From an uncultured delta proteobacterium (GTDB lineage Bacteria > Desulfobacterota > Binatia > UBA9968): a DNA stretch of 64,000 bases. Shown in pieces: positions 29,491 to 40,814 of this stretch (the first letter of the stretch is position 1; each line of letters opens with the position of its first letter). The stretch spans positions 192,001 to 256,000 of the forward strand of contig CAWJZV010000015.1 in NCBI GenBank assembly GCA_963847445.1. The letters run 5' to 3'. A program made the translations under genes and the position numbers. The notes below the pieces were generated by a model that was given only the letters and a program-made list of their open reading frames with translations, was not told where the DNA came from and did no database searches.

Positions 29491-29586
29491 GATTGGCCTC
29501 TCCTGGTTGCGAGGCTAATCGAGTTGAGTGTCTTTAGTCAATGATCTTGTCTTGACGATAGCTGGCCGCACTGATATTTCAGCTCC

Positions 29587-30691
29587 ATGATTATACTCAG
29601 CAACGAAGAAATCGAATCGTTTCTATCGATCAAAACCTGCATCGACGCGCTGGAGAAAGCCTACGCCAGTTGGGACAAGGGCACGGCGATCAATCGGCCG
29701 CGCACCGATCTGGTCATGCCGTCGGCGACCGAAGCCGGCGTCTACGCTTTCAAATCCATGGAAGCCGGCTTGTACGATCCGCCGATCGTCGCCATGCGCA
29801 TCAATTCGGACGTAATCCGCTGGAGCCAGCAGGGGAACCGGACGATCAAAACCAAAGTTCCGGCGGCGCCAGGCGACAAATATGTCGGTCTGGTGATGCT
29901 GTTTTCGACAATCACCGGCGAACCGCTGGCGATGTTTCCTGACGGTGTAGTGCAGCGCATGCGCGTGGCTTCGAGCAGCGCGCTGGCGGCGCGTTATCTT
30001 GCTCGCGAGGACTGCCAGCACCATGGCGTTGTTCGGTTCCGGTTGGCAGGCCGGCAGCCATGTGCCGGCGATGTGCGCCGTGCGGCCGCTCAAGCGCATT
30101 AATGTTTTCAGCCCGACCAAGGCCAACCGCGAAGCGTTCGTCAAAGAAATCCAACCTAAAGTGAGCGCGGAACTGCGCGCGGTGGATTCACCGGAAGAGG
30201 CGATCCGCGACGCCGACATCATCGCCGCGACGACCAACTCACTTTCCCGAGTGGTCAGCGCCGATTGGGTCAAACCGGGACTGCATTTGACCTGTGTACG
30301 CGTGCCGGAGTTGGGCGACGACACGATTCGCAAAGTCGACCGCTTGGTGATCCACGCGCATCAACACGCGCCGACCAATTATGTCGCCGGCTACGGGGAG
30401 GAAGGCATCCCAGCCCACGACGCGATCGATATTATCAAGAAGGGGCCAGCCCATGCCCATGAAGTAAACGTCGAGCATCCCTTCTGGCTGAGCGCGCCCG
30501 ATCTCAAAGATCTCGTCACCGGCAAAGCCCAGGGACGGGCGAATGCGCAAGAGTCGACCTGCTTTCTCAACAACATCGGCATCGGTCTGCAATTCGCCGC
30601 CGTCGGCGCCGCGGTCTATAGCGAAGCCATCGCCAAAGGCATCGGCCGCGAGCTGCCGACGGATTGGTTTTTGGAAAGCGTACATCCGTAG
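29587..30691 (+). CDS. Ornithine cyclodeaminase/mu-crystallin family protein; one frameshift near 30015
   Basis: MLFSTITGEPLA, RMRVAS, FGSGWQA, ADIIAATTNS and GIGLQFAAVG motifs. Confidence 0.88.
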
Positions 30692-30717
30692 AGCAGGGAT
30701 TGGGAATCGGAAGTTTA

Positions 30718-30937
30718 GCCGCAAAGAACCTAGCGCAGCACAGCCGCAATCAAATAGGAAAGAGTTCTTACCACGAAGGACACGAAGGTTCGGAAAATTA
30801 TTACTCCGAACTTCGTGCTCTCGTGTCGTGGTGAGATGGATTTTTCTTATTGATCGCGACACTTACGGACACCGGTCCGGAAAATTTGCGCAAGCTGCGC
30901 AAACTGTTAGGTATTGCAGTGCAAAGAGCTCACAAAA
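30718..30937. repeat. Composite intergenic palindromic element (MITE/REP-like)
   Basis: Contains hairpin TCTTACCACGAAGGACACGAAGGTTCGGA...TCCGAACTTCGTG...TCGTGGTGAGA (30766-30836) and TTTGCGCA-AGC-TGCGCAAA (30885-30903), flanked by GCAAAGA units. Confidence 0.55.
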
Positions 30938-31006
30938 CACTTACTAATTCATAAATCGAAGTTATTTCAAACTTAACCTTGCTTTGATTGTCGTCCACAG
31001 TGGATG

Positions 31007-31069
31007 AGATTTCTCGCTTCGCTCGAAATGACAGTTTGGCTATTGCCGTCATTGTCAACGAAGCGAGGG
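31007..31069. repeat. REP-like inverted pair, AGATTTCTC...TCGAAATGACA type
   Basis: AGATTTCTCGCTTCGCTCGAAATGACA ... GTCATTGTCAACGAAGCGAGGG. Confidence 0.75.
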
Positions 31070-31187
31070 TTCGTGCCAATCTGAACTACCCTCCGATTGA
31101 CTCGCAAGCCGCCTTTGCGTAGGAATGAGTCTGTAATTCGTGGCTGTTTGAGCCGATTTGAAGCGATCAATCAAGGAGAGTTTGCGA

Positions 31188-32207
31188 ATGGCAAAGCAAC
31201 GAGTGGGCTACGCGTTGGGCTACGGCAAGTTTACCAATGTGCGGGAGATGGCCGACGTAATGCAGCAGGCCGAAGAGCGCGGCTTCGAAATGGCGTTTTT
31301 TTCCGAGACCGTCGAACTCATGCGCGACTCGGTGAGTTCCTTGGCGGCGATCAGCTTGGCGACGAAAAATATGATCATGGGGACGACCCAGATCGTGCGT
31401 TTGCGCGGCCCGGTGGTGATGGCGCAGTCGTTGGCGACTCTGGACGAGCTCAGCGGCGGGCGCATCACGGCGGCGCCGGGAGCTTGCACCAAGAGCCACG
31501 CGCGCGTCCATGCGCTGCCCCAGGATGTCGGCGCGACGCCTAGCGAAGTGCTGCGCGAATATATCGAGTCGATGCGTTTGTTATTTACCGGCGAGAAGGT
31601 TTCCTATCACGGCAAGTTTGTCAACTTCGACAACGTCGGTTTGGGCTGGAAGCCGATGCGCGCGCATATTCCATTCTATGTTCCGGCGACGGCGACCATC
31701 GGCTTGAAGCTGGCCGGCGCGGTCGGCGATGGCGTGATTCTCAACGCGGTCTGCTCGCCGGAGTACACCGTCAATGCGCTGCGCATTATCAAAGAGTCGG
31801 CGCAGCAGGCTGGGCGCGACTTTTCCAAGTTCTTCGTCGCGCAAATCATCAATTGCTCGATTGAAGACAATCACCAAAAAGCTCTCGATGCGGTGCGCTG
31901 GGAAGTGGCGACCAAGCTCGACCCGGTGCAGATCTCGTTTATCGCCGGGCCGAAGATGCGCGTCGGCGAGCCGTATATTCATAAGGAAGACATTCCGCTA
32001 TTCGAAAAAGCCCACGCCCAGGGCGGCATGGAAGGTTTGATCAAAGCGATTCCCGACTCCTACGTCGAAGGCATGACCGCCAGCGGTACCCCGGATGAAG
32101 TTAAGAAACGCGTGCAGCAATATCGCGATGCCGGGGTACAGGTGCCGCTCTTGCGGCCGGCGGCGGCGCATCAGACGCAGCCGTTGCTCGACTTATTCGC
32201 TCAATGA
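31188..32207 (+). CDS. LLM-class flavin-dependent oxidoreductase (Mer-like)
   Basis: AEERGFE, RGPVVMAQSLATLDELSGGR, GEKVSYHG, LAGAVGDG and GTPDEV motifs; RBS AAGGAG. Confidence 0.9.
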   Translation: MAKQRVGYALGYGKFTNVREMADVMQQAEERGFEMAFFSETVELMRDSVSSLAAISLATKNMIMGTTQIVRLRGPVVMAQSLATLDELSGGRITAAPGACTKSHARVHALPQDVGATPSEVLREYIESMRLLFTGEKVSYHGKFVNFDNVGLGWKPMRAHIPFYVPATATIGLKLAGAVGDGVILNAVCSPEYTVNALRIIKESAQQAGRDFSKFFVAQIINCSIEDNHQKALDAVRWEVATKLDPVQISFIAGPKMRVGEPYIHKEDIPLFEKAHAQGGMEGLIKAIPDSYVEGMTASGTPDEVKKRVQQYRDAGVQVPLLRPAAAHQTQPLLDLFAQ

Positions 32208-32208
32208 G

Positions 32209-32291
32209 AGTTCAAGGATCAAGGTTCAAAGGTTCAAGGTCGGATCGGAATTCGGACTACCGTTGAACCTTGAACTTTGAACCGTTGAACG
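32209..32291. repeat. GTTCAA/TTGAAC tandem-repeat hairpin inside the gene run
   Basis: gttcaag gatcaag gttcaaag gttcaag ... cgttgaac cttgaac tttgaac cgttgaac. Confidence 0.8.
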
Positions 32292-32299
32292 AATTTCTT

Positions 32300-34380
32300 A
32301 TGTATCGCGTAGGCATCGATATCGGCGGGACGTTTACCGACATGTTGTTGGTCGGTGACGACGGCAGTGCCGTCATTGCCAAGACCCTGACCACGCCGGG
32401 CGATCCCAGTCTCGCGGTGGAGAATGCCCTGCGGCCGGTGTTGGAGAATGGCTCGGTGGATGCGCGCCAGCGCGGTACCTTGATTCATGGCACGACGCTG
32501 GTGACCAACGCGCTGATCGAGCGCAAGGGCGCTCTGACGGCGTTGCTGACCACGGCTGGGTTTCGCGACGCAGTGGAAATTGGCCGCGAGCACCGCTACG
32601 AGCTGTACGATCTCAATCTCGATCTGCCCAAGCCTTTGGTGCCGCGCCATCTGCGCTTCGACGTGCCCGAGCGCATGGCCGCTGACGGCAGTATTTTGCA
32701 AGAGTTGGACGAAGCGTTTGTGCGCAAGCTTGTCGGCGAGCTGCGCGATAAGGGCATCAAGGCGATCGGTGTTTGCTATCTCAATAGTTTTCGTAATCCA
32801 GCCCACGAAAAGCGCACGGCGGAAATCATCGCCGAGGTCGCGCCGCAGATTCGCGTGTCGTTGAGCTGCGAGGTGGTCGCCGAGATTCGCGAGTTCCAGC
32901 GCACCAGCACCACGCTGGCAAATGTTTACGTCCAAGAGCGCGTGTCGGATTATCTTGCCCAGCTGCAAGCGCGCTTGGATAAGATCGGTTTTCGCGGCAG
33001 CTTCTTCGTCATGCTGTCGAGCGGCGGCATCGCCACGCGCGAAACGGCGTCGCGCTTCCCCGTGCGCCTGCTCGAATCCGGTCCTGCCGCTGGCGCCATC
33101 GCCGCGGCGGAGGCGGGCATGGGCTCCGGCCATCGCGATCTGCTTTCCTTCGACATGGGCGGGACCACCGCCAAGCTTTGCGTCATCGAGGACGGCCAGC
33201 CGCTCAAGACCCACGAATTCGAAGTTGACCGCGTGTATCGATTTCGCAAGGGCAGCGGTTTGCCGGTGCGCATTCCGGTCATCGATATGATCGAGATCGG
33301 CGCCGGCGGCGGCAGCATCGCTCGGGTGGATTCGCTAGGCCTGCTCAAAGTCGGGCCGGATAGCTCTGGCGCCGATCCCGGCCCGGTATGTTACGGCCAG
33401 GGCGGCACGCAGCCGACGGTCACCGACGCCGATCTCGTGCTCGGCTATCTCGACGCCAATTATTTTCTCGGCGGCAAGATGCAGCTCGATCTGGAGCGGT
33501 ACCAAGAAAGCCTTGGAGCGCTTGGGCAAGCCATTAAAAATGACGGCCCAGCAGGTCGCCTGGGGCATTCATCAGATCGTCAACGAGAACATGGCCAATG
33601 CCGCGCGCGCCCACCTCGGCGAGCGTGGCAAGGACCCGCGGCGCATGCCGATGTACGCCTTCGGCGGCGCCGGGCCGGTGCATGGCTACCGGGTCGCGGA
33701 GATCTTACGCCTGCCGGCGTTGATTTCGCCGTTCGGCGCCGGCGTCGGTTCGACCTTCGGTTTGCTCAGCGCACCGCTGGCCTTCGATTTCGTCCGCAGC
33801 GCCTACAGCCGGATGGATCAGCTGGACTGGAATCTCGCTAATCGCCTGCTCGATGAAATGGCTCAAGAAGGGCGTAAGGTTTTGCAAAGTTCCGGGCTGA
33901 GCAGCCGCCGAGATTCGTTACCAGCGCACCGCCGACTTGCGTTACATCGGTCAAGGTCATGAAGTTTCGGTGGCGTTGCCCGACGGCGTGCTTGGCGTCG
34001 GCGATCTGCCGCGCATCGCCGCCGAGTTCGAGCGCACTTACGAATCGCTCTACGGCCGCAAAGGGCCGGATGTGCCTCTGGAAGTGATCAACTGGCGGGT
34101 GGTGGCGAGCGGGCCGCGGCCGGACATGAATCTAAAACTGCCGCGTAATTCAACTCATGGCGGCGACGCGCGCAAAGGTTCGCGATTGGCGTTCTTTCCC
34201 GAAACCAACGGTTATGTTGAAACCTCGATCTACGATCGCTACACGCTCGAGCCGGGCATGCGGTTCAACGGACCGGCCATCGTCGAAGAGCGCGAGTCGA
34301 CTTTGATCGTCGGCGCAGGAGGACAAGCGCGCGTGGACGAGCGGCTGAACGTAGTTGTGGAGTTAGGCGATGGGAAATAA
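32300..34380 (+). CDS. Hydantoinase A / 5-oxoprolinase ATP-binding subunit; two frameshifts
   Basis: GIDIGGTFTD, HGTTLVTNALIER, ESGPAAG, DMGGTT, IGAGGGS, PTVTDA, FGGAG, RYIGQ and GPAIVEE motifs. Confidence 0.92.
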
Positions 34381-36096
34381 AGTCATCGATCCGGTTACCC
34401 TTGAAGTGATTTGGAACCGCTTCCTGTCGGTGGCCAACGAGCAGCAGGACGCGCTGATCCGCACCGCCTTCAGCACCATCGTGCGCGAAAGCCAGGACCT
34501 GGCCTGCGGCATGTTCGACACCAAGGGGCGGATGATCTCGCAGTCGATCAGCGGCACGCCCGGCCATATCAACGCCATGGCGACGTCGATGAAGCATTTT
34601 CTCGCGGCGTTTCCGCCGGACACGCTGGCGCCGGGCGACGTGTTGATCACCAACGATCCTTGGCAGACCGCCGGGCAGATCAACGACATCACGATTACCA
34701 CGCCGATTTTCAAGAACGGCAAGCTGGTCGCGCTGTTCGCCAACACCTGCCATAGCGCCGATATCGGCGGGCGGATTCTTTCCGCCGAGGCGCGCGAGGT
34801 CTTCGAAGAGGGGTTGCGCATCCCGATCATGAAGCTGTTCGACCGCGGCGAGCCCAACAAGATTCTCATGCAGATCGTCCGCACCAACGTGCGCCAGCCC
34901 GACGAAGTGATCGGCGATTTTTACGCCCAGACTTCCTGCAACGAAACCGGCGGCCGGGCGCTGCGCGAAATGATGGACGAGTTCGATCTCGACTCCATCG
35001 ATGAGGTTGCCGAGGAAATCATCCGCCGCTCCGAGGCGGCGGTGCGCGCCGAGATCGCCAAGCTGCCGGCCGGCGAATGGTCGAGCGAGACGTGGAGCGA
35101 CGGTTTCGAAGAACCGATCCTGATCCGCTGCACGGTGCGCGTCGCCGGCGAAGATATCTTCATCGACTTCACCGGCTCGTCGCCGCAGAGCAGCCGCGGT
35201 ATCAATGTCGTGCTTGAACTATACTCATGCCTACGCGAGCTTCGCGATCAAGGCGGCGATCTGTCCCGACGTGCCGCATAACGAAGGCAGTTTTCGCCCG
35301 GTGCATGTGAGCGCGCCGGAGGGCAGCATCTTGAACGCCCTCGATCCCGCGCCGGTGGCGAGCCGCCAGGTGATCGGCCACTTCATTCCCAGCGCGATCT
35401 TCGCGGCCATGTCCGGCGCGCTGCCCGGACGCTTGATGGCGCCGGGGGCCGATCCGATTTGGCTGAGCGTCTGGCGCGGCCAGAATCCGTCATTCACTCT
35501 GACCGTCTTTCAAGTCGGCGGCACCGGCGCGCGGCCGTCGAAGGATGGACTCAACGCCGTCGGCTTTCCCAGCGGCGTCGCCGGCGTGCCGGCGGAGGTC
35601 ATTGAAAGCTTGTCACCAGTGGTATTGAAGCGGCGCGAGCTGCGCGCCGACTCCGGCGGTCCGGGCACCTGGCGCGGCGGTTTGGGCCAGCTGACCGAGT
35701 TCGCCCGGCGCGGCGACGGCAAGTGGAGCGTCAGTTCCATCGCCGATCGCACCCAGTATCCCGCGCTCGGATTGTTCGGCGGCCAGGCCGGCGCAGCCGG
35801 GCGAAGTGACCACCGGCGACGGCGAGAAACTTCACGCCAAAGCGCTCAAGGATTTAACCAAGGGCGAAGTCATTCATGTCAATTTGCCGGGCGGCGGCGG
35901 CTACGGCGACCCGTTCAAGCGCGCGCCGGAAAAAGTTCTCTGGGATGTCATCGAAGGTTATGTGACGGCGGCAGCTGCTGAGAAGCAGTACGGCGTTGCG
36001 GTTACTTATCGTGGCCTGGCTGACGCGTTGGTCAAGTTACCGGAAGAGTGGCAGGTCGATGTGGCGCGGACGGCGGCGCTGCGGCGAGGACACTAA
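34370..36096 (+). CDS. Hydantoinase B / 5-oxoprolinase subunit; two frameshifts
   Basis: DPVTLEVIW, RTAFSTIVRE, ITNDPW, EEGLRIP, DFTGSSPQ, DSGGPGTWRGG and GGGGYGDP motifs. Confidence 0.92.
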
Positions 36097-36099
36097 AGG

Positions 36100-36168
36100 A
36101 ATTACAGATTCCAAATTCCATATTACGATTCGGAGAAATCTGGAATATGGAATTTGTAATTTGCAATT
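36100..36168. repeat. 7-mer tandem-repeat hairpin (ATTCCAA/TGGAAT type)
   Basis: attacag attccaa attccat attacg ... tggaata tggaatt tgtaatt tgcaatt. Confidence 0.7.
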
Positions 36169-36185
36169 GAGAGCGAAGCGAACCT

Positions 36186-36954
36186 ATGGAGCTGAAAGGT
36201 AGAGTAGCCTTGGTGACCGGCGGTGCCGGAGGAATCGGCGGCGCGGTGGTGCGCGCGCTGGCGAAGGCTGGTGTCGCGGGCGTCGTGGTGAACTACCGGA
36301 AATCGAGTAAGGAAGCCGAAGCATTGGCGGCGGAGATCGAGCAGGGCGGCGTCAAAGCGCTGGCCGTGCAAGCCGATGTGCAGAGCGATCGCGCAGGTGC
36401 GGGCGATGATGCAGACGATTCAAGATCGCTTCGGCCGGCTCGATATTGTCGTCAACAACGCCGGCGTGACCCATTGGGTCAAGCTGCCGGATCTCGAAGG
36501 GCTCACCGATCCGATCTGGGATGAGATTCTCGACGTCAACGTCAAAGGCGCGTTTCGCTGCGCCCGCGCCGCGCAGAAGCTGCTTGAAGCCAATCACGGC
36601 ATGATCGTCAACGTGTCGTCGATCTCCGGCGTGCTCGCGCCGTCGACGATGTCGTCGCTGGCCTACGGCACGGCCAAGGCGGCGTTGATTTACATGACCA
36701 AGGGCTTAGCCGTGGCGATGGCGCCCAAGGTGCGCGTCAACTGCGTCGCGCCGGCATTCACCGATACGCCGTGGATGAGCCAGCACTTCGGCGCCGATTA
36801 CCAGCAGGTGATTGCCAAAGCGTCGGCGGGTTATCCGCTGCAACGCATCGCGACGCCGGAGGATATCGCCGGGGCGATTCTCGGATTGATCACCGGCGGA
36901 GACTTTGTCACCGGGCAGACTCTGTTGGTCGATGGCGGTTTGAGTCTGAGTTGA
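36186..36954 (+). CDS. Short-chain dehydrogenase/reductase; one frameshift
   Basis: TGGAGGIG, VNNAG, catalytic YGTAK and VTGQTLLVDGG motifs. Confidence 0.92.
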
Positions 36955-36975
36955 AGATATCGCGCCTGTCGAATG

Positions 36976-37039
36976 GTCATCTCGAACGAAGTGAGAGATC
37001 TTGTCAGGGAGATTTGCTCGGCGTCGCCTCGAAATGACA
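36976..37039. repeat. REP-like inverted pair, GTCATCTCGAACGAAGTGAGAGATCT type
   Basis: First unit is nearly the exact reverse complement of 16208-16234. Confidence 0.8.
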
Positions 37040-37068
37040 ACGTGATCAGGCACGACGAAACATGAGCT

Positions 37069-37737
37069 ATGGACAGAATCAAACTAGTTGCAGAATTACA
37101 CGCCAGCCGCTTAGTCGCCGTCGTGCGCTCGACAAGCCCGGAGGATGCCCTCGCGCTCGCCAATGCCGCCGCCGATGGCGGTATCAAGTTCGTCGAGATC
37201 ACTTTCAGCGTGCCGGGCGCGCTGGATGTGATCAAAGAACTAACCCGGCGCGGCGGCATTCATGTCGGTGCTGGAACCGTCTTGGCGCCGCAGCAGGCGG
37301 AGCGGGCGATGGGTGTCGGCGCTGAGTTCATCGTCTCGCCGTCGTTGGAGCTGAACCTGGTCGGCCTTTGCCATACGGCGAACATCGCTTGCTTTCCCGG
37401 CGCGGCGACGCCGACGGAGATTATCGCGGCGCAGCGGGCGCATGCCGACTTGGTGAAAATTTTCCCGGCGGATTTGGCCGGCGGGCCGTATTTCATTCGC
37501 CAGATGCAGGGGCCGTTTCCTGACGTGCGCTTCATGGTGTCGGGCGGCGTGAGTCTAAAGAACGTTCAAGAATATGTTCAAGCCGGCGTCACCGGCATTT
37601 GTCTCGGCAGCGCCTATCTCGGCGGCTTGCTGGCGGCGAAGGGTAAGAAGCTATTCGTCAAAGAGATGCAGCAATTCGTCAAGTTGGTCGCCCAGGCGCA
37701 GAGCAAGAAAATCACAGCAAGAAAGCGCGGCAAATGA
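37069..37737 (+). CDS. eda: KDPG/KHG aldolase
   Basis: VAVVR, EITF, VGAGTV, GAEFIVSP, PGAATPTE, VKIFPA with the Schiff-base Lys, and GGV motifs. Confidence 0.88.
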   Translation: MDRIKLVAELHASRLVAVVRSTSPEDALALANAAADGGIKFVEITFSVPGALDVIKELTRRGGIHVGAGTVLAPQQAERAMGVGAEFIVSPSLELNLVGLCHTANIACFPGAATPTEIIAAQRAHADLVKIFPADLAGGPYFIRQMQGPFPDVRFMVSGGVSLKNVQEYVQAGVTGICLGSAYLGGLLAAKGKKLFVKEMQQFVKLVAQAQSKKITARKRGK

Positions 37738-38724
37738 AGAATCTCCATCTCACGCTGGCATGCGAAGACTACGACCGCATGCGCCCGCTCAAAGACGGCA
37801 TCGTCAAGCCCGAAGGCATCGAGCTCAACTATATGGTCATGCCGGTGGAGGAAATCTTCTGGCGCATGATGAAGTACGAGGAGTTCGACGTTTCCGAACT
37901 GTCCATGGGCGCGTTTTTGACCGCGGCGTCGCGCGGCCGCCGGCCGTTCGTGGCGATCCCGGTGTTTCCGTCGCGGACTTTTCGCCATCGCTGTATATTC
38001 GTCAACACCGATTCGGGTATCAAATCGATTCAAGACCTGCGCGGCCGGCGCATGGGCGTGCCGGAGTATTCCATGACCGCGGCGGTGTGGCTGCGCGGCA
38101 TGTTCGAGCATGAGTACGGCGTGCCGCCATCGGCGATTCACTGGGTGCAGGCGGGCGAGGAGCACCCGGGTCGCAAAGACCGTGTCGACTTCGAAATGCC
38201 GGCGGGAGTGACGATGGAAAGCCGCCCGGACACGACGCTCAACGTCATGATCGAAAACGGCGAGGTCGACGCCATGATGTCGCCGCGCATGCCGACCTGT
38301 TTTCTCCAGGGATCGCCGAAAGTGCAGCGCATGTTTCCCAACTACCGGCAAGTCGAGATGGACTATTTCAAAACCACCGGCCTGTTCCCGATCATGCATG
38401 TGCTGGTGATCAAACGGTCGATCTACGAGAAAGAACCGTGGGTGGCACAGACGCTGTACAAAGCGTTTTGCGCAGTCGAAAGATATCTGCATGCGCGATC
38501 TCTACGACACCAATATTCTGCGCGTCGCGCTGCCGTGGACTTCCGCGGAGTTCGAAGATACAACCGCACTGATGACTACGGACTATTGGCCCTATGGGCT
38601 GGAGCCCAACAGAAAGAATCTTGAAACTTTAAACGGTTATCTTTTGGAGCAAGGCTTGACCAAGCAAAAGCTCGTATTGGACGAGCTGTTCGCCCGCGAG
38701 ACGGTGGAAGCGTTCAAGATTTAG
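37734..38724 (+). CDS. 4,5-dihydroxyphthalate decarboxylase-like protein (SBP fold); one frameshift
   Basis: YDRMRPL, EFDVSELS, IPVFPSRTFRH, RMGVPEY, TGLFPIMH and YWPYGLEPNR motifs. Confidence 0.85.
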
Positions 38725-38795
38725 CGAGGCTCCGCTTCGTTGGCGTTCAATTACTGGCGATTACAGATCACCGATATTATGATCCGAGGTGCAAC

Positions 38796-39984
38796 ATGAG
38801 TGAAGTTCTACCTACAGCGGAAAGTGATAGCGGCACTGCGCCGCGCGGCTCGGCGAATATTCGTCATCTCTGCCGGATGGAGCTTGAGGGTGGCGGGCAG
38901 ATTGTCCTTGACGGGAAATATGCCTATGTCGGCCATCAACACCGGGTCCAGGGAACGACGATTCTCGATATCGGCGATCCGCGCAAGCCGAAGATCGTCA
39001 GCACGCTGATGCCCAACCACCCGTGGTCGCACTCGCATAAGGTGCGGGTGGTCGGCGACCTGATGGTGGTCAATTCCGAGTTCGAGCGCGGCCCCGGTCA
39101 GCGCGGCGACTATCCCGATGGCGGCTTTCGCATCTACGACATCAAAGATCGGACGACTCCGAAGCTCATCACCTTTGTCAAAACCCACGGCAAGGGGGTG
39201 CATCGTTTCGATTGCGATGAGAACTACGCTTATATCTCGACTGAAATGGAGGGTTTCGTCGGCAATATTTTAGTCATCTACGATATTCGCAATCCGTCGA
39301 AACCGGTGGAGGTCTCGCGCTGGTGGATGAAGGGACAGACATGTTGCCGGTGGCGACGCGCCGCACCCGAAGCACGCCGAGCATCGCCTGCATCATGCGA
39401 TGCGCTGCGGCACCGAGATGTACGCCGGCTGTTGGATGTCCGGCATCGCGATTATCGATGTGAGCGACATCCGCGCCCCGCGCACGCTGTCGCGCTTTGA
39501 GTATGATCCGCCTTGCCCGGAGCCGACCCACACCTTTCTCAAAGTGCCGCATTCGATCGGCGGCAAGCGCATCGCGGTATCGACGGAGGAGGAACGCACG
39601 CATCGGGGCGCCGATACCGGCAAGCCGCACGCGCCGCTGCGCACCTGGGATGTCAGCGATCCGACCCAGCCTGAACTGCTCCACACGTATTACTTGCCGG
39701 AGTCGGCAACGCCTTATCCGGCTGACAAAGTGCGCTTCGGCACGCATCAATTACGTGAGCGGGTGGATGCGGACAATCTAATTTATGTCACCTGGTTTGC
39801 CGGTGGCCTGCGGATCTTCGACATCGGCGATCCAGCGAACCCCAAGGAGCGCGGCTATTTCATTCCAAAACCGGGGGATGGTGTGGCCGCGCCGCTGACC
39901 AACGACGTCGTCAAAGACTATCGTGGTCTGTTGTGGGTGACCGACAAGGAGCGCGGGCTGGACGTGATCGAATTCAGTGGGTAG
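38796..39984 (+). CDS. LVIVD repeat beta-propeller protein; one frameshift
   Basis: Repeated TILDIGDPRKP, IYDIKDRTTP, VIYDIRNPSKP, IIDVSD, TWDVSDPTQP and IFDIGDPANP. Confidence 0.85.
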
Positions 39985-40009
39985 GGGGCGATTCATGAAT
40001 CGCCCCTAC
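39981..40009. repeat. GTAG-type REP palindrome between convergent genes
   Basis: GTAGGGGGCGATTCATGAATCGCCCCTAC; it supplies the stop codon of the upstream gene. Confidence 0.8.
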
Positions 40010-40019
40010 AACAACGCCT

Positions 40020-40805
40020 TCACCGATAATCGCGCATCTGCCACGGCGTGAAGACGATCACCTGGGTTGGCGGCGGCAGGGCCGTCTTGCTGAAGGTCGA
40101 TTTGTAGCTATTCAAGTATTTGTTCGGGTAGCCCTTCACGAACATGTCCAACAGTGATGTATTTTCGCGGTAGTGCATGGGGATGGCGATCTTGGGCTTG
40201 AGTTGCTGCAAGACTTCTCTAGCGGTGTCCGGCGGCATGGTGAACATGCCACCGATGGGGATCATGGCGATGTCGACTTTGCCGAAGGCTTTGATCTGCT
40301 CCTCGGTGAGTTTGTGCGCCAGATCACCCAAGTGGGCGACACAGATGGTGCCCAAGTCGAAGACGAAGGCGGCGCCTTTGAGGGCGTTGCCGTATTGCTG
40401 TTGGTAGATCGGCACGGTGTAGACCAAGATGTCCTTGACCGTGGTGCTGACCTTGTTCCACTCGGCGCCGTAGTTGCCCAGGCCGCGCAAGACCACCGGG
40501 CCATTCTTGGCGATCTCGACGAAGTTGTGGTTCGGATGTTCGCGGCCTACGGTGATCGCATGGGGCGAGACGTTGGGCGTCGGGTAAAAACCCGGTGACA
40601 CCGGGTCGGTGATGATCTTGGTGCCTTTGGCCGACGTGATCTGGAAAAAGTTATGGCCGAAAAACTCGAGGGTCACATCGGGCTCGGCGGCGTAGGCGGG
40701 TTTCAACCAGCTGCGGGCGACATCGAGCTCGCGGCAGGCGGCATGTAGTTGGCGCGTCAGTAAAAGCGACAGAAACAGCAGCGAGAGGACTAAGGTTTTT
40801 CTCAT
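40020..40805 (-). CDS. Secreted MBL-fold hydrolase (UlaG/Lactamase_B_3-like)
   Basis: Signal peptide; FFGHNFF, IITDP, AHLGDL, IPIGG..TM and AIPMHY motifs. Confidence 0.85.
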   Translation of the reverse strand: MRKTLVLSLLFLSLLLTRQLHAACRELDVARSWLKPAYAAEPDVTLEFFGHNFFQITSAKGTKIITDPVSPGFYPTPNVSPHAITVGREHPNHNFVEIAKNGPVVLRGLGNYGAEWNKVSTTVKDILVYTVPIYQQQYGNALKGAAFVFDLGTICVAHLGDLAHKLTEEQIKAFGKVDIAMIPIGGMFTMPPDTAREVLQQLKPKIAIPMHYRENTSLLDMFVKGYPNKYLNSYKSTFSKTALPPPTQVIVFTPWQMRDYR

Positions 40806-40814
40806 CGTCCACCT

